Below, in pieces: positions 44,793 to 55,073 of a stretch of 64,000 bases of DNA. Position 1 is the stretch's first letter; each line of letters opens with the position of its first letter. The DNA comes from a virus: the IMG/VR virus record IMGVR_UViG_3300045988_112906; one strand, written 5' to 3'. The notes under the pieces are model-generated. The model was given only the letters and a program-made list of their open reading frames with translations. It was not told the DNA's origin and did not search any database. The position numbers and the translations under genes are program-made.

Positions 44793-44833
44793 CGGAAACA
44801 CGGCAAAGAAAAAGGGATTTAAGACTATTTTTG
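44793..44833 (+). promoter_or_regulatory. Late promoter L2: CGGAAACACGG-N22-TATTTTTG (portal-terminase operon)
   Basis: Same element and spacing as L1, L3 and L4. The -7 box ends 30 nt before the 44864 ATG. Confidence 0.65.
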
Positions 44834-44863
44834 CGCCTATAAATTAATAATGTGTAAACAAAT

Positions 44864-46888
44864 ATGGTTAAGGCGAAATTATTAACACTTAGCAAGGTGA
44901 TGCCTCAGCGCAACAGATACGATTCCGTGAAGGCTCGAAAGAAGCGGCAGGAGCACGGAAAGGACTGGGAACTGCTGACCCGATGCAAGAATGCCTGGAA
45001 TAATCTGAGCGGCGTGAGGGAGACCCGAGCAAGAACGATGAGATACTGCAACGGAGACCAATGGAGCGACACCATCAGGGTGTATCATCATGGCTACTGG
45101 GAGGAAATGACGGAGCGCACCTATATGGAGCGGCGCAACCAGACCCCTATGAGCAACAACATCATGATCAGTATCTTGGAATCCATCGCAGGACTCTATG
45201 CCAAGCAGGGTACGGAGCCAGTATGCTTCGCTAGGGACAGCAATTCCCGGCAACTGAGCGACATGATGAGCGCCACGATGCAGTGCAACTGGCAGAACAC
45301 CTATATGCAGGACGTACTGAACCACGCTATCAAGGACTATCTGATAGGCGGTCAGATGTTCGTAAGAGAGTGCTGGGAAGACAGAGACCTTGAAATGCCC
45401 GATTCGTGGACAGATGCGATGGAAGCAGACCACATGTTCTTTGAATGCGGCAGCGACCCACGCCACAATGACGTGAGTCTGATCGGTGTGCTGCACGATG
45501 TAAGCAAGGAAGACCTTTATCAGAAATTCGCGCGACAAGAATACGGTTTGACGGAAAACGACCTAGACACCATCTTCGATATTCAGGATATGGATGATAG
45601 CGGCTACGGCTACGAGTTCAACGAGGAGAAGGCTCTGGAGAACCTCAGCTTCGACTACAGCAACAAGGGCAAGCACTACGTGAGGGTGATTGAGGTGTGG
45701 ACCACTGAAACCAAACACAGACTCCAATGCTACGACCCGATTGCTACCACAGGAACCAGCGCTTACTTCCGGGTGGATATGGAAGATACCGCCATGATAG
45801 AGAAGCTACGCAAGGACAATATCAAGCGAAAGCAGCAGTATGATGAAATGGGCGTGGCAGAAGAAGATAGAGCCTACATTACCAGCAAGGAAATCGCCGA
45901 TAAGTACTGGTACTTTACCTATATGGCGCCAGACGGAACAATCCTCTGCCAGGGGGAAACTCCTTATGACTACAAGAGCCATCCATTTACGATGAAACTC
46001 TATCCGTACATCAACGGAGAGATTCATCCGTTTATGGCGAACGTAATAGATCAGCAGAGATACATCAACCGACTGATTGTAATGAACGACATGGCTATCA
46101 GAAGCAGCTTCAAGGGATTCAAGATGATTCCGACAACCGTACTGAACGGCAAGACCAAAGAACAGTTTATGGAAGATGCTATTGAATACGATGGATGGAT
46201 ATTCTATACACCAAAGCGCACGATGCCGCAGGTGAAGCCAGAGATTATCACATCGAATGCGGTGAATATCGGAACCAACGAACTCTTGCAGATAGAGCTG
46301 AACCTGATACGAGAGGTTACCAACGTGAGCGGAGCTTTGCAGGGCAAGACCCCTTCGGCAGGAACATCGGCTGCAAGATATGCGCAGGAGAGCCAGAACG
46401 CCACCACTTCGCTCTATACCATTCTATCGGATATGGACGTGTTTACGGAGAAGCTGGCAACCAAGAAGTGTATGACTATCCAGCAGTACTACGAAGACGG
46501 AAGAAAGGTTTACGACCGAAACTTCACCCAAGTCTATATGTACGACCGCCTTTCTGCCCGAGACATCCATTTCAAGATCAGCATCAAGAATGCGGCAGCT
46601 ACGGCAACCTACAACACGATGCAGAACGATACACTCGACAAGCTTCTTGACAAGGGCGCTATCAACGTAGTACAGTACTTGCAGAACCTGAATGCACCAT
46701 TTGCCGACAAGCTTCTTGCCAGCGTGCAGGAACAGCAGGCACAGCTTGAACAGATGTACCAGCAGCAACAGGCGATGGCTCAGCAGCAGGGCGGCGGACA
46801 GGTAGAGAACGGCATCGTACAGGGTGCAGACCAGAACGCAGTGGCTCAGGCTATGAGCATGAACAATCAGTATTATCAAACAGCATAA
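44864..46888 (+). CDS. Putative portal protein (674 aa)
   Basis: Size, position at the head of the packaging operon divergent from scaffold/MCP, and a Gln-rich C-terminus. No motif-level proof. Confidence 0.6.
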   Translation: MVKAKLLTLSKVMPQRNRYDSVKARKKRQEHGKDWELLTRCKNAWNNLSGVRETRARTMRYCNGDQWSDTIRVYHHGYWEEMTERTYMERRNQTPMSNNIMISILESIAGLYAKQGTEPVCFARDSNSRQLSDMMSATMQCNWQNTYMQDVLNHAIKDYLIGGQMFVRECWEDRDLEMPDSWTDAMEADHMFFECGSDPRHNDVSLIGVLHDVSKEDLYQKFARQEYGLTENDLDTIFDIQDMDDSGYGYEFNEEKALENLSFDYSNKGKHYVRVIEVWTTETKHRLQCYDPIATTGTSAYFRVDMEDTAMIEKLRKDNIKRKQQYDEMGVAEEDRAYITSKEIADKYWYFTYMAPDGTILCQGETPYDYKSHPFTMKLYPYINGEIHPFMANVIDQQRYINRLIVMNDMAIRSSFKGFKMIPTTVLNGKTKEQFMEDAIEYDGWIFYTPKRTMPQVKPEIITSNAVNIGTNELLQIELNLIREVTNVSGALQGKTPSAGTSAARYAQESQNATTSLYTILSDMDVFTEKLATKKCMTIQQYYEDGRKVYDRNFTQVYMYDRLSARDIHFKISIKNAAATATYNTMQNDTLDKLLDKGAINVVQYLQNLNAPFADKLLASVQEQQAQLEQMYQQQQAMAQQQGGGQVENGIVQGADQNAVAQAMSMNNQYYQTA

Positions 46889-46891
46889 GGT

Positions 46892-47386
46892 ATGGCAGTA
46901 ACAGAACAGACAATAACAATAGGGTATGCCGACATCAAGAGCAAGGTGAAGAAGCATTTCTCCATCATCGGAAAAAGACTTTCCGACAAGCAGGGAAACA
47001 TTCTCTTTACTGGCGTTACCCTATCCTCGACCGAGGAAGACATCTTGAAGCAGTATGTGAAGGATGCAGCAGAGACATTCGTGGGTAACTTCGCTCCACT
47101 GATAGCCGGCTACACGGACAACACCGATGATGTAATATTCACCTACCAGCAGAACAGAGTGAGCGAGAGCAAGGCAAACGCATTCTGTAGTCTCTTCAAA
47201 AGCTATGTGGTAGATTACGTAGCCTATTCTGTGCTATCCATGACCTATGCTGATTCTGCAAGGAAGTATGCAGACGATATGACGAATCATGTGAACTCTG
47301 CATTGAAGCTGATCTTCCAGAAGGATGCGCCGGCATCTGTAATCGGAAACCTGACTGATATGACAGGAGAAGTAATTTTGAACTAA
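46892..47386 (+). CDS. Hypothetical head-module protein (164 aa)
   Basis: ORF track. Confidence 0.6.
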   Translation: MAVTEQTITIGYADIKSKVKKHFSIIGKRLSDKQGNILFTGVTLSSTEEDILKQYVKDAAETFVGNFAPLIAGYTDNTDDVIFTYQQNRVSESKANAFCSLFKSYVVDYVAYSVLSMTYADSARKYADDMTNHVNSALKLIFQKDAPASVIGNLTDMTGEVILN

Positions 47387-47398
47387 AAAGATAAAACT

Positions 47399-48190
47399 AT
47401 GATTATAAAATTTCAAATTGTAAAGTCGGTGGTGATTGGAGCTGTGAAGAGAGCCACCTACCTGAAGGCAAAGGTGGATAGTGCGGCTGACGAGAAGGCT
47501 ATCAAGTTGGGATTCAATGAGGCTGCTGGTGATGATGAGGTTCACGAAGCAACGCTCACCCATGATTTTGATACGGCACTGGAGATTGTGAAGACACTTC
47601 TTGCCGAGTATCTGGTACCGAATGCGCAGACCATCGGTGACAACATTATCTACTACGACTCCAAGACGGATGATGTGGTAGAGTTTATCATCAATGCCTC
47701 CAGAAGATGCAACGGAACCTTGACCGATACACTTGCCCGACTGGTGTCAAAGTATGTGGAAGATTATGTAATTTTCCAGTGGTGGTTAAAGACTACCAAT
47801 CTGAAACAGGCAGAACCTTATCAGGCTTCGCTCAGCATAGATGAACAGAGCATCCGCAGATGTTTCGTACTGAGTGGTCCAGTAGTTCCAACCGTTCCTT
47901 ATACCCAGCATCTTACTGCCAAGGTGGATGGAAGCTGTGGTGATGGAGCTATCACGATTGCCCTGGAGGAAGAGGACGTGAATATCTCCTACTCCATTGA
48001 TGATGGCGCCATTGATGATATTGAGGCGAGAAGCAGCGACCCTAGCATCGTTGAGATCCAGCGCAGCCCAGACCCTTATACCTTCGCCCTGAAGCCAAGG
48101 AATACCGGTGTGGCAACCGTTATCCTCTTCTCCCGACACAGCGACAACTTGAAGACAGAGGTAGAAGTAACCGTAGCAAAGGAGGTGTAA
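47399..48190 (+). CDS. Head-module protein with a C-terminal Ig-like (Big_2-like) domain (263 aa)
   Basis: The C-terminal SSDPSIVEIQ...NTGVATVILFS...VEVTV pattern is typical of bacterial Ig-like domains. Confidence 0.6.
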   Translation: MIIKFQIVKSVVIGAVKRATYLKAKVDSAADEKAIKLGFNEAAGDDEVHEATLTHDFDTALEIVKTLLAEYLVPNAQTIGDNIIYYDSKTDDVVEFIINASRRCNGTLTDTLARLVSKYVEDYVIFQWWLKTTNLKQAEPYQASLSIDEQSIRRCFVLSGPVVPTVPYTQHLTAKVDGSCGDGAITIALEEEDVNISYSIDDGAIDDIEARSSDPSIVEIQRSPDPYTFALKPRNTGVATVILFSRHSDNLKTEVEVTVAKEV

Positions 48191-48191
48191 A

Positions 48192-48800
48192 ATGGAGTTC
48201 AACGCATTACACCCAACACATTTTATTCGTGAGAGAGGATGGAAGCCCGAGCCGAATCCTTTTCTTCCGAAGCCTCCACGCCCGGCACACAAGTATTACA
48301 GCAAGCACATCTTCATCTATGCCAACCAACTCTGGTATGACATTGATGCAGCTACGAACATGGTGGGCAGGGCAAGACGAGGCAACCAGACGAATCAGGA
48401 AGACATCATCCCAACCAGTGAGAACGATAAGGAAAGACCCCTCTTCTACCGCTGGTTTGACAAGTACCTGAAAAAGGCAGAAGGAATCCTCTCTGCCTAC
48501 GTGATGAAGCCGCAGGGAGTGGTAAGAGACAATGCCCTGAAGGAGTGGGATGAGAAGGAAATCTGGCTTAACATGCCCGACTACTGGGATGATACACGGT
48601 ATGACGAGCTGGTGAAGCACATCCACAGCTACATCGTGGCTGGTGCTCTCTACGAATATTTCCTGCTTATACTTACCAGCAAGGACCCGCTTACCGTCTC
48701 AAAGCAGGAGGAAATGAACGATGAAGAACTGGAGATACTGGATGCAGCGAGTGCCAGCAAAGCAGGAATGCTGGTTCATACACTAAAGCCATTTGGATAA
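48192..48800 (+). CDS. Hypothetical head-module protein (202 aa)
   Basis: ORF track. Confidence 0.6.
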   Translation: MEFNALHPTHFIRERGWKPEPNPFLPKPPRPAHKYYSKHIFIYANQLWYDIDAATNMVGRARRGNQTNQEDIIPTSENDKERPLFYRWFDKYLKKAEGILSAYVMKPQGVVRDNALKEWDEKEIWLNMPDYWDDTRYDELVKHIHSYIVAGALYEYFLLILTSKDPLTVSKQEEMNDEELEILDAASASKAGMLVHTLKPFG

Positions 48801-48819
48801 AAAAGAGAAGGAGAAGCTT

Positions 48820-49242
48820 ATGGGAGAGTTTGATGATCTTAAGTCGGTAAGAGAAATCATGCAGGAGAAGCGAGAGAAGGCGAAGAAGATTCTGCCAGTG
48901 AGCAAGAGCGCACAGAAAGAATTTATCCGTGACTTCCTAGCCCGACATCAGGATAAGTTTGAGGATTGTATGAACCAGTTGGCGGAATACGATCCAAAAA
49001 CATACGTTACCATCTATGCCCAGCTTACCAAGCACATGATACCTAAGCAGAGCGAGATGAGCGTGACCCACGGACTTGACGATGACTTTAAACAGCTCAT
49101 GGCATTGGGCATGACAACCGTAGAGGACGAAGATGAAGTAAATGTACTAGATATAAGAAAAGCACCCGAGATACAGGATGCGGAATTTGAAGAACTAGAC
49201 GACTGGGTAGATGGCACAAGTGACAGAAAAGGAAATAGATAA
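48820..49242 (+). CDS. Possible small terminase subunit (140 aa)
   Basis: Call rests on position immediately upstream of, and overlapping, TerL. ATG at 48820 preceded by GAAGGAGAAG. Confidence 0.4.
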   Translation: MGEFDDLKSVREIMQEKREKAKKILPVSKSAQKEFIRDFLARHQDKFEDCMNQLAEYDPKTYVTIYAQLTKHMIPKQSEMSVTHGLDDDFKQLMALGMTTVEDEDEVNVLDIRKAPEIQDAEFEELDDWVDGTSDRKGNR

Positions 49243-51325
49243 TCTCGTAACTGAGAATCAGAAGCGTTACGATGAAATTTATGGCACCTATGACCCTATT
49301 ACTGGCGAAGGGTGTTATAACTTCGAAAATCGTGTTCTGATAGAGTTGGACGATTTCTTCATTCCCAAGATGTGGGTTCCCAAGAAGACAGCCAAGTCTG
49401 TTCTGTACAGGGGACTGAGAAAGATGGGTAGTTTGAAGGATTACAATAAATATGTTCTACACAAGAAGGATGATGCCCAACATTTCAAGACATTAACCTT
49501 TGCCATCTGTAGAACCAGATTTATGGAAGACCCAGAATTTGCACTGTACATGACCGACAAGATTGAGGATAAGGTGACGGGTGACATGATTCCGTTTAAG
49601 CTGAACTATCCACAAAGATTGCTTCTGAAGATATTTGAGGATTTGCGAACCAACAGGAAGGCTATCCGAGTAGTTATCTTGAAAGCCCGTCAGTGGGGAG
49701 GCTCTACTTTAACTCAGCTCTATATAAAATGGCTACAGGATTTCCGCAGAGATGGCTGGAATGCCATTGTGCTTGCCCAACAGAAGAATACGGCTAAGAA
49801 GATTAAGGCGATGTACCGAAAAGCCTTGGAGCATCAGCCGGGCTGGACCATCGGAAGACCAGGAGTCAAGTTACAATTCTCTCCTTACGAGAACTCGCCT
49901 GATGATTTCCAGGTGACAGACGGAATAAGGGCTATAAGAAGAAGTACGCTGACCGTGGCATCCTTCGAGAACTTCGATTCCGTGCGTGGTAGCAACTTCC
50001 ACTGTGCCCACTATTCTGAGGTTGCCTATTGGAAGAAGACCCCAGAGCATGATCCTGAGGGTGTGATTTCCTCTATTTCGGGTGGTATCAGAAACCAAGA
50101 GGATAACTTGGAGGTATTCGAGAGTACCGGCAAGGGTAACTCTGGCTTCTTCTATGAGAAATGCCAGTTGGCTATGGACCCAAAGAACAATGATGCCTAT
50201 TCCTTCCTATTTATCCCTTGCTTCTTCATCGAGCACGATATGGAGGAAGTGAAGAGTGAACGAGCCTTTGCCAAATGGCTTTTGGAAAACAAGGATAAGA
50301 GTACCAACCCGAAGGGCTACCGAGAGACCGGAAAGTTCTTCTGGCGTATGTGGGAGAAGGGAGCCTGCTTCCAAGCTATCGAGTGGTACAGAAACTTCCG
50401 CAACAAGTTTACCACCCATTCCTTCTGTGCTACCGAGGCACCAGTGGATGAGGAAGATGCTTTCCGTAACTCTGGTAATCTGGTCTTCAACCCCTACTCT
50501 ATTGATGATTTACAGAAGAAGTACAAGCGTGAGCCAATCTATACCGCCGACATCATCATTGACGGCAACAAGAATGAGTCTTCCATCGAAAAGTCGAAGA
50601 TAAGTATCCGAACAGATGGTGATGGAGACTTGAAGATCTGGGCAGTACCGAACTGTCTAAAAGTGGAGAACAGATACTTGGTGAGTGTGGATATTGGCGG
50701 TAAATCCTCGACTTCCGACTATACCGTGATGACGGTGATAGACAGATTCGACATTATGCCTACCATCAAGGGAAAGCCGAAGGTGGTGGCAAGATGGAGA
50801 GGACACGTAAGACACGACAAGCTGGCGTGGATGGCGGCAGCATTGGCGCATTACTACGATGATGCACTGCTGGTAATCGAGAGCAACACGGCAGATAGAG
50901 AGAAGAACAACAATACGGAAGGCGACCACTTCGGAAGTATCTTGAACGAGATTGCCGACTATTACGACAATCTGTATCAGCGCACCACAAGCCCTGAGGA
51001 CGTGAGCGATGATGTGCTTGCCAAGTATGGATTCCAGACCAATAAGTTGACGAAGGGTTGGGTGATTGATAATCTAGAGCAGTTCGTGGATGATATGCTC
51101 TGGGATGAGCCAGACCGGGAGATGTATCATGAGCTGAGAATCTACGAGCGGCATGATGATGGAAGTCTTGGCAATATCGTGGGCAACGGAAACCATGATG
51201 ATGTACTGATGAGTACTGCCATCGGGTTGTGGGTAAGCGCCAACGATATGGAGAAGCCGAAATGGAAACAAAAGGAAAGAACAAGCAGCGGTGGCGACGG
51301 CGTTCACTCTGCTGCGAAAATTTAA
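49211..51325 (+). CDS. terL: Terminase large subunit
   Basis: KARQWGGSTLTQ is a Walker A-like terminase ATPase motif. VSVDIGGKSSTSDYTVMTV and NGNHDDVLMSTAIG match nuclease-domain acidic motifs of TerL proteins. Confidence 0.85.
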   Translation: MAQVTEKEIDNLVTENQKRYDEIYGTYDPITGEGCYNFENRVLIELDDFFIPKMWVPKKTAKSVLYRGLRKMGSLKDYNKYVLHKKDDAQHFKTLTFAICRTRFMEDPEFALYMTDKIEDKVTGDMIPFKLNYPQRLLLKIFEDLRTNRKAIRVVILKARQWGGSTLTQLYIKWLQDFRRDGWNAIVLAQQKNTAKKIKAMYRKALEHQPGWTIGRPGVKLQFSPYENSPDDFQVTDGIRAIRRSTLTVASFENFDSVRGSNFHCAHYSEVAYWKKTPEHDPEGVISSISGGIRNQEDNLEVFESTGKGNSGFFYEKCQLAMDPKNNDAYSFLFIPCFFIEHDMEEVKSERAFAKWLLENKDKSTNPKGYRETGKFFWRMWEKGACFQAIEWYRNFRNKFTTHSFCATEAPVDEEDAFRNSGNLVFNPYSIDDLQKKYKREPIYTADIIIDGNKNESSIEKSKISIRTDGDGDLKIWAVPNCLKVENRYLVSVDIGGKSSTSDYTVMTVIDRFDIMPTIKGKPKVVARWRGHVRHDKLAWMAAALAHYYDDALLVIESNTADREKNNNTEGDHFGSILNEIADYYDNLYQRTTSPEDVSDDVLAKYGFQTNKLTKGWVIDNLEQFVDDMLWDEPDREMYHELRIYERHDDGSLGNIVGNGNHDDVLMSTAIGLWVSANDMEKPKWKQKERTSSGGDGVHSAAKI

Positions 51326-51337
51326 AGATATTGAGTT

Positions 51338-54088
51338 ATGGAGAGAAACTTGGATAGAAAGACTTTGAGTTTCAGCAAGGGTATGACGAACGTACCGAGT
51401 GACTTGCTGAGTGAAGATAGCGAGCTTGCCTATTCGCAAAACATCATATATAGGAATGGTGAAATGGTCCCGATTCAGAAGATGAAGCCTTTCGGAACGG
51501 TGGGCGGCACGATTCTGTTTGTCCATAAAATGGCAGACTTCGAGAATATCATTACCTATGACAAGTATGTTGGGGATAGTGGCGAGAACAAATATACCAT
51601 CAGATGCTACAAGAAGAGCGACCTAAGCGCTCCGATTGGAGAATTTGAGGGAGAAGGAGAAGTGAAGGATGCACAGGCGGTGGGGAATACTCTGGTACTG
51701 GCTACAGATAATGGACTGAGATACATCCTTTATAAATCAGATACCTACAAGGATTTGGGAATGAATATCCCTAACCTGAAATGCAACTTCACCTTCGAGA
51801 AGCCAACCAACAACTACATACCAGAAGAGAGCGAAAGAACTCTGATGAATATTTCCAACGATGTTGATGGACCTGATGCCTGGAAATGTTATTATGATGC
51901 GAATGGAAAATTCCTACATGCTGCTGGAGATGAACCTAGCGGAATATTCCAACAAGGTACGTATCACCATTTCTCCATCAAAGTATCTACAGACGGCTCA
52001 CACGAAAAAGGCTTTCAGGAAACAGTTCAAGGGCATGTTGCCCAAGCTATCAACTGGGTAAAAAGCAAGAATATGTTTGCGTTCCCTTTCTTTATCAGGT
52101 GCGCATTCAGACTCTTCGATGGCTCTTATGCCAAGATTACTACCCCATATATCTGCTATCCTACCATTAACAGAAACTGCCGTTTCAGCTCTGCGACTTT
52201 CGACCGTACCCATAACACATATATGGATCTTAGGCAAATGACAGGAAAAGAAAGTATCTTTTACTTCATCGAGTATAGCGAACTGAAATTCAAGTTTGAA
52301 CCGATAAGCAATGATTGGAGAGGCATTATCAAGGAAATTGTAGTCTTTGCCTCTGATCAGGTCCTGCCATTCCGTTTAGATAGCGGTTGGAAATTAGTTT
52401 CCCCAAACGATACCTACATGAAGCCTTCCGCTAATTTCGGCTACGACAAGTATAGAGAGCTTCCGTTTGACTACGACAAGCAAGCGATGGCTTCCCATAC
52501 CATCACGGTACACAGCGAAATTCAGCCGGAATATAAAACGGACCAGGAAATCATAGATGAACTGCTGACAAAATCACAGTTCTACAAACTGTTTTCTGTA
52601 AAGGCATCGGATAAGGTTATGGATGGAAACTGGCATTACTCGGTTAACGGAATAAAGGACGGAGATAGAACGTTCATTGCGAAAGGAGTTGTTGAGAATC
52701 TTACGACACAAACCCAACTGAATGTTGATGATTATTACGGATGGGCAAAGGCTACAGCAGAAAGACTGTACACCTATAACGGCAGACTTCAAGCTATCGG
52801 ATTGTTGCGCTATCCATTTGGTGGTTTCTCGAATTTTACAGGAAGAGACTTGACTGGCGATGATTATTACTATATGTACACCCATATCGTGACGAACACT
52901 TCTGATACTTGGGCGATGAATATCGCTTCGGTGAATAAGTCGTTCCTGCGTGGATGGATTTATTATCCAGACCCAAACGCTACGGAAATCATTCTTTATT
53001 CGGGCGAGAAATATCTTAGAATTCCATTAACCATACACCCAATGTTGAACGGCTCCTATTCGTTCACCAATCTTCCGTCAGCTGAAGGTGATGCGGAATT
53101 TGAAAGTATCACCGAAGATGAAATGATAGAACTGGTCAAGAACCTTAACCAGCCCGAATATCTTGATTCCCAGATTTTCACTTCTGTAGTGAACAATCCG
53201 TTTGTATTTGAGGCATCGGGCGATAACACCGTGGGTACTGGTAAGATTCTTGGTATCGTGGCTAATACGGAGGCGGTAAGTCAGGGACAGTTCGGTCAAT
53301 ATCCTCTGCTCGTCTTTACCGATGAAGGCATCTATGCCATGAGCGTGAATGCAGAGGGTCTTTACTCCAGCATACACCCTATATCCAGAGAGGTTTGCAA
53401 TAATGCCGATTCCATCACCCCTACCGACAAGGTGGTTTACTTCACTTCCGAGAAGGGATTGATGGCTACATCGGGCGGCGAGGCGATTTGCGTATCGGGG
53501 CAGTTGAGCGGTGGAAAGAACAAAGGATTGCCAAGCGACTTCCTGCCTTTCAAGACTTTCTTGGAGAACTGCCTGATAGCCTATGACTACAAGGCTTCGC
53601 TGCTGAGAATATTCAACAAGAAGACCAGCTATCACTATGTATATAATATGGTGGATAAGATTTTCTCTATCTCCCACAACTATACAAGCAGCAAGATTTT
53701 CTGTAGAACGGTAGCCAACAACTATCCCGACAATCTTGTGCAGTTTGATGATAGTACCGTTTATTCCCTTGCCAACATTCCATTGGCAGAGGATGATGCC
53801 AACGACTATTACTGCGTAATAACTACCCGACCCCTGAAACTGGGCGGCTCTACCATTCTGAAATCATTGAGGGGCTTGAAGCATCTTTTCGATTCTGATG
53901 CCGGCACGGTAAGTGTAACGGTCTATGGCTCCAACAACGGCAAGGACTGGGTTGCGCTGCAGAGCCTCTTCGGCAAACCGTGGAAATACTTCAAGCTGGA
54001 GTATTCTTTCAAGAACTTCAAGGCAAGCGATTCCTTTGCCGGGTCCATCATAGAGACCCAGAGCAGAAGAGAAGACAAGATAAGATAA
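51338..54088 (+). CDS. Large structural protein of unknown role (916 aa)
   Basis: ORF track. Last gene of the portal-TerL operon. Beta-rich composition. Confidence 0.65.
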   Translation: MERNLDRKTLSFSKGMTNVPSDLLSEDSELAYSQNIIYRNGEMVPIQKMKPFGTVGGTILFVHKMADFENIITYDKYVGDSGENKYTIRCYKKSDLSAPIGEFEGEGEVKDAQAVGNTLVLATDNGLRYILYKSDTYKDLGMNIPNLKCNFTFEKPTNNYIPEESERTLMNISNDVDGPDAWKCYYDANGKFLHAAGDEPSGIFQQGTYHHFSIKVSTDGSHEKGFQETVQGHVAQAINWVKSKNMFAFPFFIRCAFRLFDGSYAKITTPYICYPTINRNCRFSSATFDRTHNTYMDLRQMTGKESIFYFIEYSELKFKFEPISNDWRGIIKEIVVFASDQVLPFRLDSGWKLVSPNDTYMKPSANFGYDKYRELPFDYDKQAMASHTITVHSEIQPEYKTDQEIIDELLTKSQFYKLFSVKASDKVMDGNWHYSVNGIKDGDRTFIAKGVVENLTTQTQLNVDDYYGWAKATAERLYTYNGRLQAIGLLRYPFGGFSNFTGRDLTGDDYYYMYTHIVTNTSDTWAMNIASVNKSFLRGWIYYPDPNATEIILYSGEKYLRIPLTIHPMLNGSYSFTNLPSAEGDAEFESITEDEMIELVKNLNQPEYLDSQIFTSVVNNPFVFEASGDNTVGTGKILGIVANTEAVSQGQFGQYPLLVFTDEGIYAMSVNAEGLYSSIHPISREVCNNADSITPTDKVVYFTSEKGLMATSGGEAICVSGQLSGGKNKGLPSDFLPFKTFLENCLIAYDYKASLLRIFNKKTSYHYVYNMVDKIFSISHNYTSSKIFCRTVANNYPDNLVQFDDSTVYSLANIPLAEDDANDYYCVITTRPLKLGGSTILKSLRGLKHLFDSDAGTVSVTVYGSNNGKDWVALQSLFGKPWKYFKLEYSFKNFKASDSFAGSIIETQSRREDKIR

Positions 54089-54115
54089 GTCCTTCCATAA
54101 GTTTGATAACATCAA

Positions 54116-54148
54116 GAAGGCGGCTACTCGTGATGAGCAGTCGCCTTC
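54116..54148. terminator. Bidirectional hairpin between convergent genes
   Basis: GAAGGCGGCTACTC-gtgat-GAGCAGTCGCCTTC (12/14 paired). Confidence 0.5.
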
Positions 54149-54169
54149 GACATTAAAACACTAACAAAC

Positions 54170-54655
54170 TTATGCTGAACGTCTCCGTTCTATGTAGATT
54201 ATAAACCATTCCATCAAATAACCTATGACGAAGCAATAAAGGTGGAGGCATCCGTTCACGTTATTCAACAGCATCGTGAAGAGGATGAAGGGTCCAGCCT
54301 TTCTGATTGCATCTTTCCATCGTCCTGTCCTGCCCCACATCACACCGAAGACGGCGAAGAGGAACCCAGACAAACCCATCGTTGGCTCGGTGACGAACAT
54401 CGGCAGATAACTGGCTGCTACGGCTACCGCAAAAGCCTTGACAGGCGAAATCCTGCCCTTGATCTGCCAGAGTACCAGCAGATTGATGGCAAGATGAAAG
54501 CCATTGACGTGGAAGAAGCTGTACAGTAGATGATTCTCCCAGGGGCATCCGTGATAGAAGCCTATGTGCCAAGTGCAAAGAATGATGCAGATGAGCGACA
54601 GAAACGCCTTCAATCTGAAACTATTCGTGCTTACCATCCCTGTAACCTTTCCCAT
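54170..54655 (-). CDS. Minimal rhomboid-family intramembrane serine protease (161 aa)
   Basis: FFHVNGFHLAINLL fits the H..H...N motif of TM2. TMGLSGFLFAVFG fits GxSG with the catalytic Ser. NGCLHLYCFVIGY supplies the catalytic His in the last TM. About 6 hydrophobic segments. Confidence 0.7.
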   Translation of the reverse strand: MGKVTGMVSTNSFRLKAFLSLICIILCTWHIGFYHGCPWENHLLYSFFHVNGFHLAINLLVLWQIKGRISPVKAFAVAVAASYLPMFVTEPTMGLSGFLFAVFGVMWGRTGRWKDAIRKAGPFILFTMLLNNVNGCLHLYCFVIGYLMEWFIIYIERRRSA

Positions 54656-55046
54656 ATCGCTTGCAATTATAGAAAATATCCTCTGCAGAACGAGGAGACA
54701 GGAAGAATTCGGGGGCTGGCTCTCCTACCAGAAACTGGCAGATGAAATGGAGCGACTGCCCGATAAACTCCTTCTTCTGAGATACTGCGTTCAATCTATC
54801 GAACAGAGAATAGTACATTCTCCTTCTCGGTTCCGTCATGGCATCCACCTCAGAGAAATCGCCTACCACCATTTTTCTGAGCTTCTCGAATGCCTGCTTC
54901 GGATTCACATAATATCTCGGTGCGGGATGAGATACTATCTTCGCCCACGCCTCCTTTGCGGTGTGGCAGGTGGGTGCTACCTCACGATAAGTCTTCATCA
55001 GGTCTTCCCGTTGCTTTTCCGTCAAGCTATAATTGGTTTTCGTCAT
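54621..55046 (-). CDS. Hypothetical protein (141 aa), first gene of the rhomboid operon
   Basis: ORF track. ATG in a TAAAGCGTATG context, downstream of the -7 box at 55066..55073. Confidence 0.6.
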   Translation of the reverse strand: MTKTNYSLTEKQREDLMKTYREVAPTCHTAKEAWAKIVSHPAPRYYVNPKQAFEKLRKMVVGDFSEVDAMTEPRRRMYYSLFDRLNAVSQKKEFIGQSLHFICQFLVGEPAPEFFLSPRSAEDIFYNCKRYGKGYRDGKHE

Positions 55047-55065
55047 ACGCTTTACTCGTTAAATC

Positions 55066-55073
55066 GTACTGCA
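55066..55073 (-). promoter_or_regulatory. -7 box TACCTTTG (rhomboid operon)
   Basis: Exact TAnnTTTG match on the minus strand, 20 nt upstream of the ATG. Confidence 0.5.

Noticed and set aside
44864-48190. Portal, 46892 and 47399 ORFs in the same frame as a possible read-through polyprotein (also 10191, 11658 and 19581 in one frame)
   Set aside because: The boundaries use TAA stops followed within 1-4 codons by good ATG starts. This is consistent with ordinary coupled genes. The frame coincidence alone is weak evidence.
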